Source: Candidatus Altiarchaeota archaeon
GTDB taxonomy: Archaea; Altiarchaeota; Altiarchaeia; IMC4; QMZM01
Direction: 5' to 3'
NCBI GenBank assembly: GCA_038891095.1
Contig: JAWAEV010000001.1
Location: 196,468 to 260,467 of the forward strand
DNA: 64,000 nucleotides
Of the stretch, positions 1 to 8,457 are shown one piece after another; within the stretch, counting starts at the first letter, position 1, and each line of letters begins with the position of its first letter. Below the pieces are notes generated by a model. That model saw only the letters and a program-made list of their open reading frames with translations, was not told where the DNA came from and ran no database searches. A program made the translations under genes and the position numbers.

Positions 1-191
1 CAAAAAAAGGAATTAAATTTTCAGGAGTTTATAAAGAAAGAAACTTGATGGAAATTTTTGAATTACCAACACATAATTTCTTTATTGGTTGTCAGTTTCA
101 TCCTGAATTTAAATCAAGACCTGAAACGCCAGCACCTCTTTTTGTTGGTTTAGTAAAGGGAGCAATTGATAGAAAGAAAATGTTAGCATAA
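1..191 (+). CDS. pyrG: CTP synthase, 3' end (partial)
   Basis: Manual translation of frame 3 gives ...MEIFELPTHNFFIGCQFHPEFKSRPETPAPLFVGLVKGA; QFHPEFKSRP is the CTP synthase glutaminase motif; TAA at 189-191. Confidence 0.93.
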   Translation, partial: KKGIKFSGVYKERNLMEIFELPTHNFFIGCQFHPEFKSRPETPAPLFVGLVKGAIDRKKMLA

Positions 192-316
192 GCGCTGAAG
201 ATTGATTGCTATGATAATAAAATTTCTTTTTATTCTTAGTAAATTTTTGATTTTTTTGGAATTTAAAGAATTTATATTGGAATATTCAAATAGATAAACT
301 CTAAAAAAGATCAAAA

Positions 317-1219
317 ATGCAGAAATTATGTCCTAAATGCGGGTATAGCAGAGTTTATAGCGACTATATAAAAGGTGAAACATATTGTGGTAAATGTGGT
401 TTTATCTTAGAGGATACCCTATTTGACTTTGGGCCAGAGTGGAGAGCATTTGATAAAGAGCAAATGGAGAAAAGAGAAAGAACTGGTGGCTTATTAAAAT
501 TTGCAAAATTAGGGAAAGGTTTAACAACTGAAATAGATAAATATGACCGCGATATAAAAGGTAGAGGCATTCCAGCAGAGAGAAAAGCAAAGCTTTATAG
601 AATGAGAAAATTGCATAAGAGAATGAGAACATCAACATCATTAGATAAAAATTTATCAGTAGCACTACCTGAGATAAATAGAATTGCTTCTCATCTTAAT
701 ATACCAACAAATATAAGAGAAGAGATTGCAATGCTTTATACAAAAGTCGCAAGTGAAGGTTTAGTTAGAGGAAGGTCAATAGAGAGCATGGTGGCTGCAG
801 TCATATTTTATGTCACAAGAAAAAATCAAATTCCAAAAACATTAGAAGAACTTGAGAAATTTTCAGGTGTTGATAAAAAAGACATAGGGAAGAGCTATAG
901 AAAAATTGTTCATGAACTAAAGCTGAAGATTCCTGTTGTTAGGCCAGCAGACCATGTGCCAAAATTAGCATCAGAACTTGGAGCTTCTGGAAGGACAATG
1001 TCAAAGGCAATTGAGATTATAGACTTTGCAACAAAGAAAGGGGCAATTGCAGGGAAAACTCCAAGAAGCGTTGCATTAGGAGCTATTTATTTAGCAGCAG
1101 AACTTATAGGCGAACAGGTAAAGAAAGTTAAATTTAAAGGTATTTCATCGCATACAATAAAGATAAGATATGAGGAGCTAAAAAGACTAATTGAGCAATA
1201 TCCTGGAGAAGTAAATTAA
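317..1219 (+). CDS. tfb: Transcription initiation factor IIB (divergent C-terminal repeat)
   Basis: Zn ribbon CPKC..CGKC, B-reader GPEWRAF, two cyclin repeats (LVRGRSIE). Confidence 0.93.
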   Translation: MQKLCPKCGYSRVYSDYIKGETYCGKCGFILEDTLFDFGPEWRAFDKEQMEKRERTGGLLKFAKLGKGLTTEIDKYDRDIKGRGIPAERKAKLYRMRKLHKRMRTSTSLDKNLSVALPEINRIASHLNIPTNIREEIAMLYTKVASEGLVRGRSIESMVAAVIFYVTRKNQIPKTLEELEKFSGVDKKDIGKSYRKIVHELKLKIPVVRPADHVPKLASELGASGRTMSKAIEIIDFATKKGAIAGKTPRSVALGAIYLAAELIGEQVKKVKFKGISSHTIKIRYEELKRLIEQYPGEVN

Positions 1220-1232
1220 TTTCTCTTTAGTT

Positions 1233-1952
1233 TTATAATTCTTGCTCAATAATTTTCTTGAATGTCTCATATGGTTGAGCTCCAACTAATTTAATTCCAT
1301 TTATAAAAAATGTCGGAGTTCCTGAAACTCCATAGCTTTGACCATCACTAAAATCTTTCTGAACTTCTTGGAAATATTTACCTGAATCTAAACACTCATC
1401 AAATTTTTTTGTGTCTAAGTCAAGTTTTTTTGCATATTCTTTTAATTTTGTTATTCCCCCGGAGGACCAATCACTTTGATTTCCATATAGAATATCATGA
1501 TATTGCCAAAATTTTCCTTGCTCATTTGCACATTCTGCTGCTTCAGCAGCTTTTTGAGCATATTGATGAAAGCTTAGAGGAAAATCCCGATATACAAATT
1601 TAACTTTACCTGTTTTTATGTAATCTCTATCTATTTGTGGCAGTGTTTGCTGAAAAAATCTAGCACAAAAAGGACATTGAAAATCAGAAAATTCAACTAT
1701 CGTCACTTTTGCATCTTTTTGGCCTTTCACAGGATCGTTATCTACACTAACTTGAATTCTCGAACCTTGTGAGGGTTGTTGTGCTATAACAGTTGTTGTA
1801 GTATAAGCAAAATTTTTTTCATTAAAATCAGCAATAGAGTTAATTTTCCCATATAAATTGAAACTTAGATATAAATTTGCTAAATTTAAAGCAAGCAAAA
1901 CTATCATTAAATACAATAAAAAATCCCTATTTCTAGCCTTTACTTTTTTCAT
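1233..1952 (-). CDS. Membrane-anchored DsbA/thioredoxin-fold oxidoreductase
   Basis: N-terminal TM, EFSDFQCPFC, GTPTFFING. Confidence 0.92.
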   Translation of the reverse strand: MKKVKARNRDFLLYLMIVLLALNLANLYLSFNLYGKINSIADFNEKNFAYTTTTVIAQQPSQGSRIQVSVDNDPVKGQKDAKVTIVEFSDFQCPFCARFFQQTLPQIDRDYIKTGKVKFVYRDFPLSFHQYAQKAAEAAECANEQGKFWQYHDILYGNQSDWSSGGITKLKEYAKKLDLDTKKFDECLDSGKYFQEVQKDFSDGQSYGVSGTPTFFINGIKLVGAQPYETFKKIIEQEL

Positions 1953-1998
1953 TCTTAAAACAATAAGTTATATTGCTTTTAATATAAAAAAGCGATCA

Positions 1999-3267
1999 TT
2001 ATTTTAAACCTAAACTTCTCTTAACTATTGCCTTTATCTCCTCTGGTGGATAGCCAATTCTTATCAATCTTGTTGTGCCCCTTATACCTTTACCTGAGAT
2101 GCGAGTTGTTATTAAGCCTAACATTTCTAACTCATTCAAATATTCAGAAAATTGCCTTGATGTTCTTGGCTGTCTATGAAGTAATTTACAATTTTCCTCA
2201 TAAGCTTCATAAACCTCGCCTGTGAATAAATCACCACTTTCTTTATATTCGCTTGGAAGTCTTTTATAAATTCCTCCCCTTGAGGTTAGAGAAGCAATTG
2301 AGTAAAGGACAATTTGTTGATGTTCAGGTAAGGTTGAGATTGCCTCTGACATTATGTCTTCCTCAACAGCGTCTTTTGCTTTTTCAACATATTCAAGTGT
2401 TATCCTCTCTTTATTATCTCTTTCAGCAAGCTCACCTGCTTTTTTTAGTAGTCTTAATGCATAACGAGCATCGCCATCTTGAGCTGCAAATGCAGAAATT
2501 TTTTCTATAACTCCTTCGGATATGACACCGCTTCTAAAGCTTGCATTTACCCTTTGTCTTAAAATTGTTCCAAGTTGCAATGCATTATATGGCTTAAAAA
2601 TTTTCTCTTCTTGACATAGGGTTGATTTAGTTCTTGGATCAAGATGATTCATAACTCTGATGTCATTACTCATACCTATAATTGAGACATGCCCTTTAGG
2701 CAGCTCATCATTAATTCTCGTTAAAATATAAATTAGGTCATTAAGTCCTTTAGCTACCATATCGATTTCATCTAAGACAAGTATTAAATTGAGGGAATTT
2801 GTCTTAACAACTTTATATAAACGGTCATATAAATTTGCAGGGTCCATGCCAGTGAGAGTTCTATCTTTCCTATCACCAAGCGGAGTGTTCTGCAATGGTG
2901 GTTTGTTGAGAGCATCGTCTTCTAAAGCACTTAACAATACCTGGTATTTTGAATTTCTTATCTTACAGTTCATATAAACTGACCTTACTAAAGCATTTTT
3001 AACATTTTTCTCCGGGTTATTTACAAATTCATCAAGTTTTCTAAGAACATATTTAACAACACATGTCTTCCCAGTTCCAGGTTTTCCATAAATAAACAAA
3101 TTGTCCGGCTTTTCATTTTTTAATACAGGTGCTATAATTCTCGTGATCTCTCTAACTTCATTCTCTCTATGTGGCAATTCTTCTGGAACATAATGTGATG
3201 ATAATGCCTCTTTATTAATAAAAATTTTACTTCCCTTTAGCTCTGTTTCGAATATATTGCTTGACAT
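1999..3267 (-). CDS. cdc6: Orc1/Cdc6 replication initiator
   Basis: LPHRE, Walker A GKPGTGKT, Walker B LDEID, GDAR sensor, C-terminal wHTH (LNELEMLGLI). Confidence 0.95.
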   Translation of the reverse strand: MSSNIFETELKGSKIFINKEALSSHYVPEELPHRENEVREITRIIAPVLKNEKPDNLFIYGKPGTGKTCVVKYVLRKLDEFVNNPEKNVKNALVRSVYMNCKIRNSKYQVLLSALEDDALNKPPLQNTPLGDRKDRTLTGMDPANLYDRLYKVVKTNSLNLILVLDEIDMVAKGLNDLIYILTRINDELPKGHVSIIGMSNDIRVMNHLDPRTKSTLCQEEKIFKPYNALQLGTILRQRVNASFRSGVISEGVIEKISAFAAQDGDARYALRLLKKAGELAERDNKERITLEYVEKAKDAVEEDIMSEAISTLPEHQQIVLYSIASLTSRGGIYKRLPSEYKESGDLFTGEVYEAYEENCKLLHRQPRTSRQFSEYLNELEMLGLITTRISGKGIRGTTRLIRIGYPPEEIKAIVKRSLGLK

Positions 3268-3373
3268 TTTAGCTGGAAAATTTTATATGTGAGAGTATAT
3301 ATTGAAATTAAAAATAAAAGAATAAAATAAAAGCAGTTATTTTTAATTCTGGATTAAGCATGCATTAAATCAT

Positions 3374-3793
3374 TTATGGAAGGTTAACTGCATAGAATTT
3401 AAAATATTTCAAAACTTTAAGATTTTTATCTAAAATTACAATAAGACTATCTCCGTTTGAGGTATATCTCACTTGATAAACATCAGCTTTTGGTAATTCA
3501 CCATATAATGCAGGAAATTCCTCAGCTAAAGAGGTTATATTCTTTGCATCTAATTTCACAACGCTAACATTGTAGTTTTTATTTTTTGTAAAATATTGAA
3601 CTGCTTGCTCTCTCATTGCAACTTTCAAAATTTTCTCTTCTGAGCTTTTGTCAATTTTTTCAGTTTGTGGGAGTAAATATAGAATAAGTAAAGCTAATAC
3701 TACAAAAAGAATGAAAATATAAAATTTTCTCAAGAAAAAAATATTTTTTGCTGCAGGAGTTCTTTTTATTTTTTGTAAACCCATTTTCTGCAA
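3374..3793 (-). CDS. Hypothetical membrane-anchored protein
   Basis: ORF with one N-terminal hydrophobic helix, overlapping the upstream gene. Confidence 0.6.
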   Translation of the reverse strand: MQKMGLQKIKRTPAAKNIFFLRKFYIFILFVVLALLILYLLPQTEKIDKSSEEKILKVAMREQAVQYFTKNKNYNVSVVKLDAKNITSLAEEFPALYGELPKADVYQVRYTSNGDSLIVILDKNLKVLKYFKFYAVNLP

Positions 3794-4194
3794 TAGAATT
3801 TAGGATAAATATTTAATTTCGAAAAAAGGCTTCCCAAAAGAACACCTATTGAATTAGCAAGAATATCAGAAAGTTCAGCATATCTTCCAGGAACAAAATA
3901 CTGATGTATTTCATCAGAAATTCCATAAAAAACTCCAAAAAGAATAGCAAATACAAAACTTTGGTTATGATAACCAATTGCTCTAAATCCAGGAACTAGT
4001 AAAATTCCGAGAATTGTAAATTCAATTATGTGCTCAATTATTGGTGCCTCTTTTTTTAAGCCAGTAATTGGTTGCGGTGGATATGGAACTGAAGAAAGAT
4101 AAAAAATCAAAGCCATATAAAGAAGAATTATTAACCATAAAAATTTTGGCCTTTTCTCAAGAGAAAGAAAAATTTTATTAAACACTTTCGGCAA
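3766..4194 (-). CDS. VanZ family membrane protein
   Basis: IFYLSS, H-x-x-EF, DEIHQYFVPGR..D..AN motifs. Confidence 0.88.
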   Translation of the reverse strand: MPKVFNKIFLSLEKRPKFLWLIILLYMALIFYLSSVPYPPQPITGLKKEAPIIEHIIEFTILGILLVPGFRAIGYHNQSFVFAILFGVFYGISDEIHQYFVPGRYAELSDILANSIGVLLGSLFSKLNIYPKFYCRKWVYKK

Positions 4195-4558
4195 TAAATT
4201 CTTTTAGAACATCCTCAACTGCTGTTGAAAATTTATTCTCTATGCGATATGCATGCGATAGTATAACATTCAATTGTTCTTCATGGATGTTCAAATTAAA
4301 TGCTCCATAATTTGAAATAAAAAGTTCCTTATCTTTGAACCACATTCTCAATCCTGACTGGCTGATGAATGGCGTTGAAGGTTTACTCTTAGCATAATAT
4401 TCAAAAATTACCCAAGGAATAGTTAACTTTTGTCTATCAGTATAGAGGGTTATAGCCCTTAATCTCTTCTTAAAATTTTCATCATAGTCGAAATGGAACT
4501 CCACATCAAAGTTTGAGCCATTTTCATTATAGCCCCTTCTAAACTTCAGATGTGCCAT
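4178..4558 (-). CDS. Hypothetical protein
   Basis: 126-aa ATG ORF overlapping the downstream gene; no motif recognised. Confidence 0.65.
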   Translation of the reverse strand: MAHLKFRRGYNENGSNFDVEFHFDYDENFKKRLRAITLYTDRQKLTIPWVIFEYYAKSKPSTPFISQSGLRMWFKDKELFISNYGAFNLNIHEEQLNVILSHAYRIENKFSTAVEDVLKEFIAESV

Positions 4559-4615
4559 TTTAACTTAAAAATTTTGTTGGATTAATTATTACAAATGGAG
4601 TATAAAAAGTCAAAA

Positions 4616-5911
4616 TTATTTTTTTGAATTTTCTATTAGGTCCTTTGCTTTTTTAATAATTTGCCTTAGATGTGATCTGTTTTTTCCTTCTGCTGTTATT
4701 CTTATGACTTTCTCTGTTCCAGAAGGCCTAATTAAAAACCATCCATTCTCCAGAGAAACTCTAACTCCATCAATGAATGAAACATCTTGAAATTCTTTTT
4801 TTGCAAGAATTCTAATTTTTTGCATAATTTCTTGCTTTTCTTTTTCTAAAACAGGAATTTTGATTCTTTCCATTGGATAATCCCCTATCTTAGATAGAAT
4901 TTCATAAAATTTTTCCTGATCTATCAAGTTTGATATTATTGCAGCTGTTAAAGGACCATCAGGTACACAATGAAACTCTGGAAATATAAATGCTCCAGAA
5001 GGCTCACCACCAAAATCTGCTTTTTCCTTTAAAACAGCATTTGCAACTGCAACATCTCCTACTGCTACTCTAATGACATAATTACAAACTTCCTCTATGC
5101 GCATAGAAGCATCAACTGTGGTTACAACTTTTTTCTTTCCATAAGACAAAACTGCTAATAAAGTATCCCATGGAATTAACTTGCCATCTTTGCTAATTGC
5201 AGCTGTGCGGTCAGCATCACCATCATGCACAAAACCAATATCAACATCTGCCTTTTTGACTTGCTTTAAAATTTCTTTTAAATTTTCTTCTGTTGGCTCT
5301 AGATCATGAGGAAATTTTCCATTTAAAGATGTGTTAACTGCAGTGACATCACATCCAAGTTCTGTTAGCAACTTTGGTGTTATAACACTGCCGGAGCCAT
5401 TTGCACAATCAATAAAAACCCTTAATTTATCTTTTAATCTTCCTATTTTTTTTAAGATAAAAGAAATGTGCTTTTCAGTATAATCTGCCTTTTCTATTTT
5501 GCCTTTTTCTCTTTTCTCAAATTGTTTCAGAAAAAAAATTTTCTCAATATCAGACTCTTGCTCTTTGCTATAAGCACCTTCCTTAGAGTAAAATTTAAAA
5601 CCATTATACTCTTCTGGGTTATGAGAAGCGGTTATCATAATCCCAGTGCCAAAATCTCTTGCTGCTAAAGCTAATGTTGGAGTTGTTGCTATTCCTAAAA
5701 GAACAACATCTTTGCCTGTTGAGGTTATCCCCTTGCAAAGTTCATTCTCAAGAATTTCAGAGCTTTCTCTTGTGTCTCTTGCAACTGCAATCTTGCTATC
5801 TCTTGAGTAAGTGCCAATAGCCTTTCCAAGATTTAGAAAAAAATTTTCAGGAAATTCAGAAATTTTTCTCCTAATTCCTGAAGTTCCAAAGAGTTTTTGA
5901 TATTGATCCAT
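4616..5911 (-). CDS. glmM: Phosphohexomutase (phosphoglucosamine/phosphomannomutase)
   Basis: LFGTSGIR, ITASHNP, DGDADR, GGEPSG, RPSGTE motifs. Confidence 0.88.
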   Translation of the reverse strand: MDQYQKLFGTSGIRRKISEFPENFFLNLGKAIGTYSRDSKIAVARDTRESSEILENELCKGITSTGKDVVLLGIATTPTLALAARDFGTGIMITASHNPEEYNGFKFYSKEGAYSKEQESDIEKIFFLKQFEKREKGKIEKADYTEKHISFILKKIGRLKDKLRVFIDCANGSGSVITPKLLTELGCDVTAVNTSLNGKFPHDLEPTEENLKEILKQVKKADVDIGFVHDGDADRTAAISKDGKLIPWDTLLAVLSYGKKKVVTTVDASMRIEEVCNYVIRVAVGDVAVANAVLKEKADFGGEPSGAFIFPEFHCVPDGPLTAAIISNLIDQEKFYEILSKIGDYPMERIKIPVLEKEKQEIMQKIRILAKKEFQDVSFIDGVRVSLENGWFLIRPSGTEKVIRITAEGKNRSHLRQIIKKAKDLIENSKK

Positions 5912-6052
5912 TATTTACCACTTGGTAAGCTATTCTTAAATTATGTGAGAAAAATTGCCAACTATAAAATGCTTGATAGCAACCCCATATATGCGCAATA
6001 CAGAATATAGCTTAAAAAAGGCTTCTAACTTATCTTATCACTTTTGCTGAAT

Positions 6053-8066
6053 TTTTCCACACTACTTAGTACTTCTCAAACACCTAAAAATATGCAAGTA
6101 TCAACATTATGGTATACCATGTTTCCACACTACTTAGTACTTCTCAAACCAACAGTATCGGCATGGGTGATAGACGAAAGTGTATTTAAGTTTCCACACT
6201 ACTTAGTACTTCTCAAACATGCACCATAAAATTTTACACCCAAGGGCCCATCTTTTGAGTTTCCACACTACTTAGTACTTCTCAAACAGGAGAATAGACA
6301 ATATAGAGGAAGGATTGGAAATAGTAAGTTTCCACACTACTTAGTACTTCTCAAACTCAGAGAAAAATTAAAATCAGTTAAAGGGAAAGAAGAGGGTTTC
6401 CACACTACTTAGTACTTCTCAAACATATGAATTAATAAGTATGACCTGGTGGAATATGATTTCTGTTTCCACACTACTTAGTACTTCTCAAACAGAGAAG
6501 AAGTTTAAAGACATAAAGATAAAGAAATTAAGAGTTTCCACACTACTTAGTACTTCTCAAACACAAATAACGAGAAGGTTAAAGCAAAATGGTTGGTATG
6601 GTTTCCACACTACTTAGTACTTCTCAAACTTCGAGAGAACGGGGATTATAATGCAGTGATAGAAGCGTGTTTCCACACTACTTAGTACTTCTCAAACTGG
6701 AGAGATGGATAAATGAAAAGTTAGAAGAGTGCAGAAGGTTTCCACACTACTTAGTACTTCTCAAACTGGAAAACCATCAGAGAGCTAAAAGATAAGTTAA
6801 GGGAGTTTCCACACTACTTAGTACTTCTCAAACTATGAAATATCAGATTTTAAAGAGACTGATGATGCGCTTCCAGTTTCCACACTACTTAGTACTTCTC
6901 AAACATGAATAAAGAATTTGGTAAGATTTATAATCTGACTGAAAAAGCGTTTCCACACTACTTAGTACTTCTCAAACTCTCCCCCATCGACGGTTTCTTT
7001 TCATTTTCTTCTTTATGTTTCCACACTACTTAGTACTTCTCAAACCTGCGTTGGCAATATGGAAAGCAGATCCAAGAAATTCAAGTTTCCACACTACTTA
7101 GTACTTCTCAAACTCTAAATGTGAGGTGAAATAAAATGGAATTTATATTATTAGTTTCCACACTACTTAGTACTTCTCAAACTAATAAAATAACAGACAC
7201 TGGAAGTTATCGCATTGGTATAGTTTCCACACTACTTAGTACTTCTCAAACCTATAGCGCAACGATCGAAGCCTACCGAAAGGTAGGCGGTTTCCACACT
7301 ACTTAGTACTTCTCAAACAACAATCTCTGGAGTTTTAAATAGGTCGGGTATCCCTGCGTTTCCACACTACTTAGTACTTCTCAAACTGGAAACGTGGATC
7401 AATAAAACGATAGAAAGAGCAAGAGTTTCCACACTACTTAGTACTTCTCAAACTCTCTTCCTCAGGAATTGCTAAACTCCAGAGCAATCTCTGGTTTCCA
7501 CACTACTTAGTACTTCTCAAACGAAATTAATTGAAAGTAAAAAGGAGGAGGTTATATTGATGTTTCCACACTACTTAGTACTTCTCAAACTAAAAGAGGC
7601 ACTGGATAAGAGAGCACGAGTGTTTCTGCTCGTTTCCACACTACTTAGTACTTCTCAAACGCAAGTAAGAGAACAAACGACATTCAAGAGTTAGAAAAAG
7701 TTTCCACACTACTTAGTACTTCTCAAACGAGAAGAGAGAAGCATTGAACACGAACGACGTGTTCAAGTTTCCACACTACTTAGTACTTCTCAAACGAGCA
7801 AGAAGCAATAAATACTGCTGACATTTATAATGGAGTTTCCACACTACTTAGTACTTCTCAAACACAAGGAACCCGAAAGTTTCTTGCAAGACGCTTTAAA
7901 AGCGTTTCCACACTACTTAGTACTTCTCAAACAAAAATGAAAAAAATGAAAGTATTGACTCTATTGTCGAGTTTCCACACTACTTAGTACTTCTCAAACA
8001 ATTTAAATAACATTAACAAATTTAGAAGTATAATTGAGTTTCCACACTACTTAGTACTTCTCAAAC
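6053..8066 (-). CRISPR. CRISPR array, 30 repeats of 29 bp (GTTTGAGAAGTACTAAGTAGTGTGGAAAC on the minus strand), 29 spacers of 38-44 bp
   Basis: Counted exact repeats GTTTCCACACTACTTAGTACTTCTCAAAC on +; the leftmost copy (6053) is degenerate (TTTTCC) and marks the trailer; AT-rich leader on the cas2 side; the minus-strand repeat ends in GAAAC. Confidence 0.99.
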
Positions 8067-8190
8067 CAAGAGGGATAATACTTTATATATACTTATTTTT
8101 TTGTTTTTAAAAGGATAAAACTCAGTCGATCTAAAAATTAAGCTTTATTTAAAAAGGTCGACAAGATAGTCTCGCTGTCTTACGGGTTTA
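8067..8190 (-). promoter_or_regulatory. CRISPR leader with TATA-like box and GTCGAYCT inverted repeat
   Basis: Minus-strand TATATAAAG close to the first repeat; GTCGATCT (8125-8132) and AGGTCGAC (8155-8162) form an inverted pair. Confidence 0.75.
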
Positions 8191-8193
8191 ATT

Positions 8194-8451
8194 TCACAGT
8201 ATTCTACTCATCTGCTTTGATACACCAATTTCTGTCCTTCTCAAGAATTTATCACTCTTTAGTGTATAGATTATGACTCTATCTTCTTCAGCCAGATTTT
8301 CTTCAAACCATTCAACTATTTCTTTAAATTGAAGTTTTGTTAATTTTCCTTCAAAGACAGAATTTTGTCTCCAATAGAGATATTGGTAAAGAAATTTATT
8401 TACTTTCACAACCCTTTCAACAGAAATGTCATAAACAATTATTGCGTACAT
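8194..8451 (-). CDS. cas2: CRISPR-associated Cas2
   Basis: IIVYDIS, QNSVFEG motifs; adjacent to array. Confidence 0.96.
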   Translation of the reverse strand: MYAIIVYDISVERVVKVNKFLYQYLYWRQNSVFEGKLTKLQFKEIVEWFEENLAEEDRVIIYTLKSDKFLRRTEIGVSKQMSRIL

Positions 8452-8457
8452 TTATTA

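Noticed and set aside
3268-3373. Possible replication origin upstream of cdc6
   Set aside because: AT-rich but only about 105 bp, with no convincing repeated ORB boxes (only isolated CTGGA)
5915-5928. Palindrome TTACCA-CT-TGGTAA before glmM, sharing half-sites with the 9538 palindrome
   Set aside because: Different spacing and a single short instance; may be chance
6109-6120. 12-bp palindrome ATGGTATACCAT in spacer 1
   Set aside because: Isolated and not linked to the tiled ORF
6044-6229. 61-aa ORF over the array trailer
   Set aside because: Translation of CRISPR repeats (FPHYLVLLK recurs); not a gene
6357-7561. Possible homology of S5 (REKLKSVKGKEE) and S22 (KLIESKKEEVIL)
   Set aside because: Low-complexity K/E sequence that needs an indel; not counted in the tiling
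6082-8037. Self-targeting spacers
   Set aside because: No match to this window noticed by eye; the rest of the genome could not be checked
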